Shown here: positions 38,448-50,930 of the stretch, piece after piece
Layout of the letters: each line of letters opens with the position of its first letter
Position numbering within the stretch: the first letter of the stretch is position 1
From: Octopus sinensis
Taxonomy: Eukaryota
Assembly (NCBI RefSeq): GCF_006345805.1
Contig: NC_043004.1
Span: 45,570,001 to 45,634,000, forward strand
Direction of reading: 5' to 3'
DNA length: 64,000 bases
Notes under the pieces: generated by a model
Seen by the model: only the letters and a program-made list of their open reading frames with translations
Database searches by the model: none
What the model was told of the DNA's origin: nothing
Translations under genes and position numbers: made by a program

Positions 38448-38994
38448 TGATCGATACAATGAGAAATACAAAAGTGTATAGAAAGCAATCGTTATTATAA
38501 TGATGTTAATGAAAGAATATATGAATATAGGCATGTTTATATAATTCTATCCTTCTACCTGTCTCACTCATAGGACAGCGGCCATGTTGGAGCACCGCCT
38601 TGAAGTGTTGTCGCGTGGGATGAGGACAAACATAAACACCCACACGCACGCACATTTACAACAAACTTAGACCCACATAGTCCCTGCTCACAAAATTCAC
38701 TTATAACACAATGGTCGAACAAAAGCAACAGTAGTTGGCATCTGCCTATGGTGATGTGCAGTGGGATTGAACCGATAATATGTGGGTGCGAAATGAAATT
38801 CTTAACTTCATAAAATACAACTATTCTAAACAGTTCTGCTAAAATACAACTAATCTAAACACTTCTGCTCACCACCAAATTATACATATATCTACGTAAA
38901 CACACAAACACACATACATACACACGCACACACGAGTACTACACACAATCATACATAGATACAGGCATACAGACATACGGACATACACTGATTT

Positions 38995-39200
38995 CAAATT
39001 TTTGCACAAGGCAGCAATTTCGGGCGAGGTGTAAGTCGATTACATGGACCCAAATACTCAACTGGTACTTATTTTATCGAACACGAAAGGATGAAAGGCA
39101 AAGTCGACGTCAGACGAATTTGAACTCAGAACGTTAAGACCGACGAAATGCTGCTAAGCATTTTTCCTGGCGTGCTAACGATTCTGCACCTCGCTGCCTT
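38995..39200 (-). mobile_element. SINE family B (alternative tail)
   Basis: Full family B body on the minus strand. Confidence 0.85.
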
Positions 39201-40055
39201 AGCATACACACATATATTAATATAAACAGTCTGGGAAGCACCTTTCAAAGGTTCTCTAAGTAATTCACACCTCAACAACCAGCTTTCTGAAGGGTTGAAG
39301 TAGAAAGTGCAAGAGGAAGCGGGAAAAAGAGATAGAAAGAGAGATAGAGATAGAGGAGGAGCGAGTAGGAGCTAGTACGCCTATTGCTTGTTTTGTGCAT
39401 GCATACATGTTCATAAACAGAAATGAATGGAAAAAATGTAGTTAAATTTGTATATTAACACTCGCACAATTTTCACTAAGAAGAGAAATCGGTTTTTTTT
39501 CGTGGAATGAACTACTCTGGCCTCCTAATATGCTACAAAACTCTTTCAAACCCAAAGTAATATGTGTGTGTGAGAGAGAGAGGGGGAGAAAGATGAACGA
39601 TATAAGATAAATAAATGATTTAAAATAAATATATTGTAATTGTTGTGTGAGAAAGTATATATACTATGATTATAAAATATAGTGTCTTTCAAAAACATCC
39701 TGAATTTGAACATTATATCTCGTGTTTAAGAAAAAACAAAACATTTACTCTCTCTCTCACTTTGTTTTTCCCTTTTAATTTTTTTTTTAGATGCTGTGAA
39801 ACTGCTTCTCTTCCACTTTTCTTTATCTTGTTTTTTTTTTTGGTTAGACACCGTCAAAAAGCTGTGGCTGGAAATAGGTTTTAACCGCTATCCGCGGGTG
39901 CCTCGGGAAAAAATAAGTTGACAAAACCCAGATAGGGTGTTGAAGAGTGTTCTCCTAAAATTTGAGCGATATGCCTGCTAATTTGTGGATGTGCATAAAC
40001 TACAATCACGTACATACAAACATACACACACATCTTGCCTTATATATACACACAG

Positions 40056-40115
<60 letters not shown>

Positions 40116-40329
40116 TATATATATTATCAATAAAGGATTTGATGATAAATTATTATGAATGCTGTTCGCTTTCCGTTCCTTCCACCAAGACTAAAAAAAA
40201 GAAGTTTTGAACTTAAAAACTAGAAAAAAATATCTGATACTCTCGCCTGAAGTACATAAATTCTCCCCCACCTCTCTCTTTCCTTCTCTTTCTCTCTCTC
40301 ACTTACTGCCATAATGTACACATATTGAT

Positions 40330-40488
40330 TTATAATCATACACACACACATATATCTATATATTTATATATATATATATCTCTCTTCTGTCCCTTGGTAT
40401 ATGTATATATATATATGTGTGTGTATATATACATATATATGTATGTGTGTATATATATATGTATGTATATATATATACATATATATAC

Positions 40489-40545
<57 letters not shown>

Positions 40546-40852
40546 TATATATATATATATAAGTATATAATATGTATATATGTATATATGTATATATATA
40601 CATATATACATATATATATACTTATATATATATATGTATATATATATACATATATACATATATATATATACTTATATATATATATATATTATATATTATA
40701 TATATATGCATGTATATATATATATATATGTATATATATATGTATATATATGTACATATATATATATACACACATACATATATATGTATATATACACACA
40801 CATATATATATATAATATATATATATATAATATATATATATATGTATATATG

Positions 40853-40900
<48 letters not shown>

Positions 40901-40911
40901 TATATATATAT

Positions 40912-40965
<54 letters not shown>

Positions 40966-40975
40966 TATATATATT
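40330..40975. repeat. Long compound (TA)n/(TG)n microsatellite; similar tracts at ~11120-11530, 43340-43740, 44290-44720 and 47120-47490
   Basis: Direct reading; these tracts generate the YI/IY-rich ORFs in the track. Confidence 0.95.
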
Positions 40976-41736
40976 TTTATCACGAGAACAAAGAACTTTC
41001 ATAAAGAGCAGGGCATGCAAGGATCGATTGAGTATCCCCCTCTAAAGGTCATCTTAGCCTTTCAGCATTCAAAGACTAAACCTAATTTATGAAATTACTA
41101 AAGAAAGTAAAACTTCATTGAAGACGACATCTAAGCGAAGCACTTAAACTTACGCATATGGGTACACAGTAACGCGTAAACCCGTGCGCGCGGACATAGA
41201 TTTCTAACTCGTTATGTGAGGGTTATTTTGTATTCATTAGAAGGAAGGAGAAGAGAAGACGTTTATTATATTAGTATGCGCAACTAAAGCATTAAGACAG
41301 ATAAATCTCTCATAGACATATAGACATGTGCCCATACATGTATGTATGTAGAAATGTCTATGCACATACAGATAGGCGTGGTATATACAATACACGAACA
41401 AGCTTCACTCATATATATATATATATATATACACACGCACAAACAAATACACACACACACATACATATATATATAACGATGAATAGCCTACGCGTAAACC
41501 AATTGGTTCGTTTTATTCTCTTACTTTATTATTATTATTATCATCTTATAATCATCTCATAGTAATGACCTTTATGACTCGTATTACTACCTCAGTCAAT
41601 CTAAATGTATATATTTGTCACTACCTGTCATAAATAGCCTTTTTCTATCTGCAATATGCATTTTCGTTGATTTTTCATATTTTACCCTTACATTTCAACG
41701 TGTATTTTATATTTTCTTTTCGTAACATATTTCTAC

Positions 41737-41784
<48 letters not shown>

Positions 41785-41789
41785 TATTA

Positions 41790-42010
41790 TATACATACAT
41801 CCAAACATGAAAACACAAAGAGAAAGCACAACAACGCGAGGACGTGGAACAAGTATAGTGTTATTGGACGCTCAGGAAAGGAAAGCAAGAAGGAGGATCT
41901 AACGTTTCGAGCGGAGCTCTTCGTCAGAACCCAGAAAAAGAAAAGGTCCAAGGAAGGGAAGACGGAGAAAGAAAATTGCCAACGATACACACGCGGTCAC
42001 ATATTGAATG
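41790..42010 (-). mobile_element. Penelope-like element terminal (pLTR-like) fragment
   Basis: Contains the CTGACGAAG...TCGAAACGTT motif typical of PLE termini. Confidence 0.65.
41895..41934 (-). ncRNA. Minimal type I hammerhead ribozyme motif with intact core
   Basis: GGGUU-CUGACGA-A-GAGC(UCC)GCUC-GAA-ACGU-U-AGAUCC; helix III is the palindrome ACGU. Confidence 0.7.
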
Positions 42011-42017
42011 GTAAAAT

Positions 42018-42067
<50 letters not shown>

Positions 42068-42319
42068 CATATATAAATTTATATAAATAAGGATAGGATC
42101 GTTATTTAAAACACTGATCATAACAGGTGGCTAGCATAGGAATAATTATCTCAATGGTAATAATTATTATTAAAATTATAATTAAGGGTATCTAAAAGAT
42201 ACCACCATGACAGATATAGCAGCCAAAACCTGACTCTAAATCCACATTAAATGTGGTTTTAGAGTCACGTTTTGGCTACTATATCTAGCATGGTGGTATC
42301 TCTTAGATATCCTTAATTA

Positions 42320-42384
<65 letters not shown>

Positions 42385-42415
42385 GCATGTATGTATGTAT
42401 GTATGTGTGTATATA

Positions 42416-42832
42416 GGCGCAGGAGTGACTGTGTGGTAAGTAGCTTGCTAACCGACCACAAGGTTTCGGGTTCAGTCCCACTGCGTGGCATCTTGGGCAA
42501 GTGTCTTCTGCTATAGCCCCGGGCCGACCAATGCCTTGTGAGTGGATTTGGTAGACGGAAACTGAAAGAAGCCTGTCGTATATATGTATGTATATATATA
42601 TATGTGTGTATGTGGGTGTGTTTGTGTATGTGTGTTTGTCCCCCTAGCATTGCTTTACAACCGATGCTGGTTTGTTTACGTCCCCGTAACTTAGCGGTTC
42701 GGCAAAAGAGACCGATAGAATAAGTACTGGGCTTACAAAGAATAAGTCCCGGGGTCAATTTGCTCGAGTAAAGGCGGTGCTCCAGCATGGCCGCAGTCAA
42801 ATGACTGAAACAAGTAAAAGAGTAAAAGAGAG
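42416..42832 (+). mobile_element. SINE family A, full length
   Basis: Complete head, core and tail; very similar to 14706-15127. Confidence 0.92.
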
Positions 42833-42835
42833 AGC

Positions 42836-42872
<37 letters not shown>

Positions 42873-43340
42873 AATCTATCTATCTATCCATCTATCTATC
42901 TTTATACATGCATACATACATAATATATAATTCTATGGATATACATATATATGTATGTATATTTTTAACACGTATATACATAAGCATATTTGCACATATG
43001 CGCATTTGTATAAATACGCCTTTGTATATATATATACGCACATTTGTATATATAATTCGCATGCAAATGTATATGTGTATGTTTGTGTGTGTGTTTGTGT
43101 GTGTTTTTTTCCCCTCGAGCTTGTGTTAACCTCATATAAATAAACATCATTCGTATTCACAGTTTCTGTCTCCATCTCTCCCGCCATGCCCTGTACAACG
43201 AAGGCATAGCAAGACTCGAAATCTGAGCACAGAATTGTAATATATATTGGGCGAAGCACTCAGTCCGCCGCTCTAACGACTCCGTCTCTTCTCAGCATCG
43301 TGTATGTATAAATATATACGTGCACATATACAGATATATG

Positions 43341-43436
<96 letters not shown>

Positions 43437-43465
43437 TATATATATATATATATTATATATATATA

Positions 43466-43512
<47 letters not shown>

Positions 43513-43593
43513 CACATATATATATATTTGTGAATGTATATATATATATAAATGCATATACATATGTACGTATGAATATATATATATATATAC

Positions 43594-43636
<43 letters not shown>

Positions 43637-43681
43637 TATACACACACACCACACATATATATATATATATATATATATACT

Positions 43682-43731
<50 letters not shown>

Positions 43732-43954
43732 CATATATGTATGTATTCTCATCTAATACTTCCTCACAGTTGCCACGCGTTGTCACACGTGTTCTCTTGG
43801 AGCGATTTTTAATTAATTTACCAAGTTCCTTGTAACATCTCTTTAATTATGATTTCTCAGAGAGATTTCGATTGATGATGGGTGAGTTGTCAAACAAATG
43901 CCGAGAGGAAGAACAAACGTGTTCTCATGGTGCATACTTCCTTGGTAGTTATAA

Positions 43955-44085
43955 TTGTTGTTGCTCACGATCACGATGGTAATGATGATGATGTCAATGA
44001 TGATGACAATGATGATGATGATGATGATGGTGATGGTGACGACGATGATAATAATGATTATGATGATGATTATGATGACATCGGT
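43955..44085. repeat. (GAT)n degenerate microsatellite
   Basis: Direct reading. Confidence 0.9.
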
Positions 44086-44622
44086 GCTGGTGGCGCTGGT
44101 GGTGTTGACGTGGAGTTGCATTATGCTGTTTAGGAATCTGCTCTCGGAATGGAATCAAATGGAAACGAAATACTCATGTATACACGAACACGCATATATA
44201 CACTCACATACACACACATATAATACCGCACGCAGACACATACATACAGGTGTACACACACGCATAGACAAAAACACACATATATATGTCTATAAATGTT
44301 TGTGTGTATGTGTATATATATGCATCCACATGTGATATATATATATATATTATATATATATATATATATGCATATATATATGTGTATGTATATGTATCCA
44401 TGTGTGATACATATACATATATGTGTATATATATATGTATATATATATGTATATATCTGTATATATAAATATATAGTATGTATATATATATATATATATA
44501 CACACATATATATATACACTCATATATAAGACTATCTCACTTCCCGAGCGTTAAACTAATGCCTTGTTTGTTGTTTACACACCGTCTTCGTCTTTTGTTT
44601 TTTTGTAAATTCTCACAACATA

Positions 44623-44705
<83 letters not shown>

Positions 44706-46104
44706 TTATATATATATACATACATACATACACATACTGTATATATATGCGTAGCCGTATATATATGTATATACATGCACACGCACCTTTATATATGTGT
44801 GCACATTTGTACACGTATATATAGGACGCTATGGATATATAATTATATGTGTGATATTATATATGTACACAAACACAGACGTATATATTAATATATATAT
44901 ATATATAAACATGCACACACATATATATATACATACACACATATATATATATGAATATATATATTTATAAATATATATATGTGTGTGTATGCGTGTGTAT
45001 GCACACAACTATAAATGCAGATACACACACAGGTATTTGTGTGTGTGTGTGTGCGTGTGCACGAACGCGTATGTGCATATACACACGCATGCACAGAAAC
45101 GTGTTCATCATAGGCCTCCAGCTACTTTAGTAATACACCTTGTCTGCATAAGATTTTGTAGTTTATAACAAAATCTTGTTACGCTGAGGCATTCTTAATC
45201 TCATTATTATCTCCGCATATATTCATACATACTACGCACAGTATAATACATACACACCCTCCCCTCAACAACACATAGACATAGGATACAAACGCAAATC
45301 ACATACACACACACACACACACACATACAAATAAACAAACATACACATGTGAATGTCAGGTGATGTGTGACTGTGTATCGTGTTACTTCATGGGCCCTAC
45401 TCAGTAGTTAGTTATGTGTGAGAGTATACGTTAGAGTACTCAAGCATTCAAATGTATAAATAGACGTACGTATATATATATATTATATATATACATATAT
45501 ATACATATATATATATATTCATATATATAAATATGTATATATACAAACACACACACTCATATATATATATACATATATACATATATATGTATATACATAT
45601 ATATGTATATATACACGTATGTTTATACATACTTATATACATACAAACGCATATATATACATGCATGTATATACACATGCATATATATGTATGTGTATAT
45701 GTGTGTGTGTGTATTTGTGTGTTTGTGTGTGTGTGTGTGTGTATGTGTAGTAAATAGGTAAGATTATAACCCAAGACATGTTCTCATGAAGCACATCTAT
45801 ATATTCCAGTATTCAAAGTAATTATCGGCCTGAAAATGCATTAACAGGAGACGCTTTACATGTTTTTCTACCTTAAACTTTTTTCAGCGTTTCCGTCTAT
45901 ATATATACACCTATAGTATATAGTTCCATCAGTGTTTTCAAAAGAGTTACTAATAATTGCATGCTCTAGAGATACAATAAAGATTGCTGGTCATATGACA
46001 TCTTATATATATCTTGACTATTTATTATATCTCTAAAGCATGAAAGTAGTTCCAGCTTTTTTGTAAATTGTATATATAACGTTATATACACATACATACA
46101 TACA

Positions 46105-47120
46105 TCTTCACTCCTACCAATGCCATCTACTGTATTTCCTGCTCTCTCTACCCTTCTCTATACATCGGGCAAACAGGATGCCGCTTGGCTGACCGGTTCG
46201 CGGAACACCTTCAAGAAATCCGACTCTGCAATGAAACCCGGTCTCGCTCCATTTCCGCTCTACCGGTCACTCTTTGCAACACCTGTCTTTGTTCGGATTG
46301 TCCTTGTACAGGGGCCATCCGGACTCCTGTTTTCGCCATGATTAATATTCTCGCTTCTCTCCTTTGCTCCACAATGGCTTAACTCGCCTCCCCTCTTCGT
46401 CTAACCTCCTCTCCTTACTTCTCTTCCTCTCACACCTATTTCCTCGCACCCACCTCTCCTCTTTTGTTCCGACTCCTACTTCTCTTTATTCCTACCCACC
46501 TTCTCTATCCATCTCATCCCACTTCCCTATCCATCTCATCCCCCTTCCCAAACCATCGCATCCCACTCCCACATACACCACCTCTACCCCGACCCTCAGC
46601 CTAAGCCACACCCCATCCTTGCTTTCCCCATTCTCGCCTCCGAAGACCGTCACACCACACCACATATCACTACACTATACACCACAATACCACACAACAC
46701 CACATCACAGCACACCACCATGCACACACTAGCACTGACCACTTCCCAGCACCACATCTACACACCTACACATACACACGCACACGTCAAGGTCTACAGC
46801 CCTCTTCCACACGCACATACATGCTCTCTTATACACACGCACGCGCACCTTCATTTTGGGATCACCACTACTTTATTATTTCCCCCAGCTTCCTAGCTCT
46901 CCAGTGTGACCGCTCTTTCCAGCTTTCGCCTTGATAGATCACTAGCCACTACACATTCTCTATTTTCTCTCCTTGTTTCTTTCTGTGTTCCTTTCTGTGG
47001 AAGGGCGTAGGCTCGAAACGTTAAAGACTTTTTAACTTCCCGAGCGTTAAACTAATACATCTGTTTGTTGTCTACACCACCTGACTTCGTCTTTATTTTT
47101 CTATGAATTATCCCCTTCAT
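46105..47120 (+). mobile_element. Penelope-like element 3' portion: GIY-YIG endonuclease remnant, C-rich spacer, pLTR with hammerhead
   Basis: NAIYCISC/YIGQTGCRLADRFAEHLQEIR..HFRSTGHS is a GIY-YIG motif with a frameshift; terminal CTGTGGAAGGGCGTAGGCTCGAAACGTTAAAG. Confidence 0.85.
46991..47026 (+). ncRNA. Minimal hammerhead motif (A6U variant)
   Basis: CUUU-CUGUGGA-A-GGGC(GUAG)GCUC-GAA-ACGU-U-AAAG; 4-bp stem I and 4-bp stem II. Confidence 0.65.
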
Positions 47121-47415
47121 ATATATATATATATATATATATACATACACATATACACATATATATATATTTACATACGCACACACACACACATATATAT
47201 ATACATATATATATATACATACATATATATATACACATATATACATATACACATATACATAAATATATACATATATATATACATATATTTATATATACAT
47301 ATATGCATATCTACATATATACATACATATATATATAGATAGATAGATATATACATACATACATATATACATACATACATATATACATGCATACATACAT
47401 ACATACATACATACA

Positions 47416-47488
<73 letters not shown>

Positions 47489-47492
<4 letters not shown>

Positions 47493-47816
47493 AAAAAATG
47501 AAGTTCGAAAATGCTGCTATATTATACAATTTTTTATTTTTATATATATACATTATAACATGTTTCAGTTCCTGAAATGAACCTTATCAAAAAAAGCTAT
47601 ATGTAAAAAAAGATAGTTCATGCTATCAATCACAAGAAATTCATTTATAATACACAACGGTGTCAGACATCATAAAGTTCATATATATAGTTTGAAGTGA
47701 GTTCGTTCATGCTATATGTTTAAAGTGCATGATGCAGCGGTTCACGGTGGCGACATGCATCCAATACAAAAAACAGATCAAAGCGGCGATATGTAGTCAA
47801 TACAAACTAATCCTAT

Positions 47817-47847
<31 letters not shown>

Positions 47848-48180
47848 TGTAAAAATGAAGTTCGAAAATGCTGCTATATTATACAATTTTTAATTTTTAT
47901 ATATATACATTATAACATGTTTCAGTTCCTGAAATGAACCTTATCAAAAAAAGCTATATGTAAAAAAAGATAGTTCATGCTATCAATCACAAGAAATTCA
48001 TTTATAATACACAACGGTGTCAGACATCATAAAGTTCATATATATAGTTTGAAGTGAGTTCGTTCATGCTATATGTTTAAAGTGCATGATGCAGCGGTTC
48101 ACGGTGGCGACATGCATCCAATACAAAAAACAGATCAAAGCGGCGATATGTAGTCAATACAAACTAATCCTATTATAAAT
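47489..48180. repeat. Near-identical tandem duplication, 357-bp period, bounded by (TA)n
   Basis: Copies start at 47489 and 47847; I see only two differences outside the TA tracts. Confidence 0.95.
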
Positions 48181-48559
48181 ATATATATATATATATATAT
48201 GAATTTGTGTTGCTAGAGTCCTGATGTGAAACCGTGTGTTGATATATATGTCGTTGTATTTCGCATATGAAGTTTAAAAAACACGTAATTACTCACATGG
48301 TTGAATGACAGATTTAATATCATAATTATCAAAAGAACATTCGTGCTACATCACTCGCACACTGAAGATCTGCGAGAGCATTCCGTAAAAGGACTCATGT
48401 CACCTACCATTGTCTAGAAAGTTTCTGTATTTTCCTTTTACTTTTCCTAATTCCATTCATCTATTTATTGTTTGATAGCTTCCTGCATCAACTCTGTTTC
48501 CCTATCGTGGCTGCGAACAAAAACACGTTGCTCCTTAGCAAGTGTGCATAACAATGACT

Positions 48560-49118
48560 TGATATATTGAGATCTCCTTCGGTCATGACTGACCGTGGGA
48601 TTGCACCTAGAAAGTTACTCTCCCAGGCACAAGTCCGGACAAGGTTGTTTATGGAAGACCATTAGTCGCCCATGCATACATACATAAATCTTCACTTCTA
48701 CCAATGCCATCTACTGTATTTCCTGCTCTCTCTACCCGTCTCTATACCTCGGGCAAACAGGATGCCGCTTGGCTGACCGGTTCGCGGAACACCTCCGAGA
48801 AATCCGACTCTGCAATGAAACCCGGTCTCGCGCCATTTCCGCTCTACCGGTCACTCTTTGCAACACCTGTCTTTGTTCGGATTGTCCTTGCACAGTGGCC
48901 TTCCCTCTCCACGCCACCAGTGTTATCCAAAGGGAAAAGCAAAGGCCGATACAGCTTGGCACCAGTGACGTCGCAACTCATTTCTACAGCTGAGTGAACT
49001 GGAGCAACGTGAAATAAAGTGTCTTGCTCAAGAACACAACACGCAGCCCGGAAAAGGATTCGAGCTCACAACCTCACGATCGTAATCTCGACGATCTAAC
49101 CACTGAGCCATGCGCCTT
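48560..49118 (-). mobile_element. SINE family E interrupted by a GIY-YIG fragment
   Basis: 48560-48679 and 48899-49118 join into the reverse complement of 36168-36500. Confidence 0.88.
48683..48898 (+). pseudogene. Penelope GIY-YIG fragment, second copy of 46105-46320
   Basis: About 8 differences in ~205 bp from the first copy; same 5' start and same frameshift. Confidence 0.88.
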
Positions 49119-50267
49119 CACATTTTTTATATATCACCTAGTTTCAACCCAGCTTCAAGTGATCAGTGCTCATTGATCCTAAACTGTTTCAAATAATCAT
49201 AAGGGGACTTTAAGTCCTCAAAGTATGACAAAAGTTAATTATGATTATCGTGTAGCTTTTGAACATGGTGTATTTTATTCCAGAATCCCAAACCAATTAA
49301 CAACTCAAACACCTATCCTATTATCCCGGTATCAAGTGTTTGCTTGTGATAGTCAACATTGCTTTGGAAATATTCTGCTATGAAATTCAAGTTTTCATGA
49401 AGTGCGTTCGCAGTTTTTGTCCGAGAACTCTATCGAATTGCAGGATAATATTTGGCAACACATCATATGACATCTTAAAAGGAAAGGGAACAGGGCTGTT
49501 TATAGTAGATATAGTAATGTGAATATATAAGGAAAGAAAAGACAGAAATATTCTGAAGATTATAAATAAGGAAAGAATTGCATTCACCATTCAATTTAAA
49601 TTATATTGTAAATAGATTTAAGTTGATGTAGAAATAAATATAATTACGAACGTTATAAAGCAGATAATTATTAAGTCATTAAATCAGGAATAACAGTTTT
49701 TATTTTAAAACAGGGATAACATCGTGAAGTTAATATGAAACAATGAGCGAATTTAATCAGAAATAACTTTCTCAAGTTTATAATTATTACATTCAAAGAC
49801 AACGCTGTTGAATCGTTGGAGAAATATAGAAAAAAAAATTAATAAGTGAATGAGAGAAAGCGTGTAACTAAGTATTTAAATCAAAATAGATTTTAACGAT
49901 AATCATTGAAAAGAACGTTCAAATATATAGGTTTGAAATATAGTTATAGATGTGCGTTTACGAAAAATAGATGCAGAATTCATCAAATTATGTTGATCAG
50001 CGATTTAGATTTAGGGGTGAACTAATTGTGTAAATGATTACACTCAAAGATTTATGTCATGAATTGACTAGACATATATATATTTTAAGTTGCTAAATAA
50101 AGAACAACCAGAAACTACGACTCCTGAGTAAATATGTAAGAATGTTTTAATTCGGTCCTCACTAAGCAGTTAAAGCAGGAAATATAATTTAACATCTTCT
50201 AAATGAGGGAAGAAATGTCTCCAAAAAAGGTATGATAAAAAAAAAAGAGACTTTCAGCTAGTGATGT

Positions 50268-50475
50268 TTTCAAATTTTAGCACATGGCCAGTAATTTCGG
50301 TGAAATGGATAAGACAATTACATCGACCCCAGTGTGCAACTGGTACTTTTTTATCGACCTCAAAAGGATGAAAGGCAAAGTCGATCTTGGCGGAATTTGA
50401 ACACAGAGCGTAAATATGAAGGAAATATCTCTAAGAATTTCGCCCGGCATGCTAACGATTCTGCCAGCTTGCCAC
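50268..50475 (-). mobile_element. SINE family B
   Basis: Full body on the minus strand. Confidence 0.8.
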
Positions 50476-50495
50476 CTTACTGTGTACTAGTAACG

Positions 50496-50700
50496 ATTTC
50501 AAATTTTGGCACAAGTTCAGAAGGGGAAGGAGTTAAGTTGATTACATCGATCACAGTACTCAGCTGGTACCTATTTTATCGACCTCGATAAGATGAAAGG
50601 CAAAGTTGATCTCGGTGAAATTTGAACTCAGAACTTGGAGACGGACGAAATACCGCTAAGAATTTTGACCGGCGTGTAAACGATTTTACCAGCTCGCCGT
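50496..50700 (-). mobile_element. SINE family B with 18-bp TSD
   Basis: CTTACTGTGTRCTAGTAA at 50476-50493 and 50701-50718. Confidence 0.85.
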
Positions 50701-50729
50701 CTTACTGTGTGCTAGTAATACTTTCTATT

Positions 50730-50930
50730 GTATATTGTACAAGGCTACAAAATTTGTGATCGAAATTAATTGGTTAAATTGGCATTAGTACTAAAGTAGT
50801 GCGTTGTTCTGTCCATCCCCAGGAAGGATGAAGGCAAAGTTGACATCAGCAGGAGTTGAACTCAGAACGCCAATAATTACCATAAAACACTTTGTGTGAT
50901 TGTCTCATGATTCTGCCAATCCACCACCCA
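50730..50930 (-). mobile_element. Old SINE family B relic
   Basis: GGATGAAGGCAAAGTTGAC...TTGAACTCAGAACG. Confidence 0.6.

Noticed and set aside
39847-39921. DTVKKLWLEIGFNRYPR as a possible exon after a pyrimidine tract
   Set aside because: No strong donor, a stop follows soon after, and I recognise no homology.
49280-49530. Interrupted frame with QDNIWQH resembling a Tc1/mariner motif
   Set aside because: No other DDE motifs or TIRs were found.
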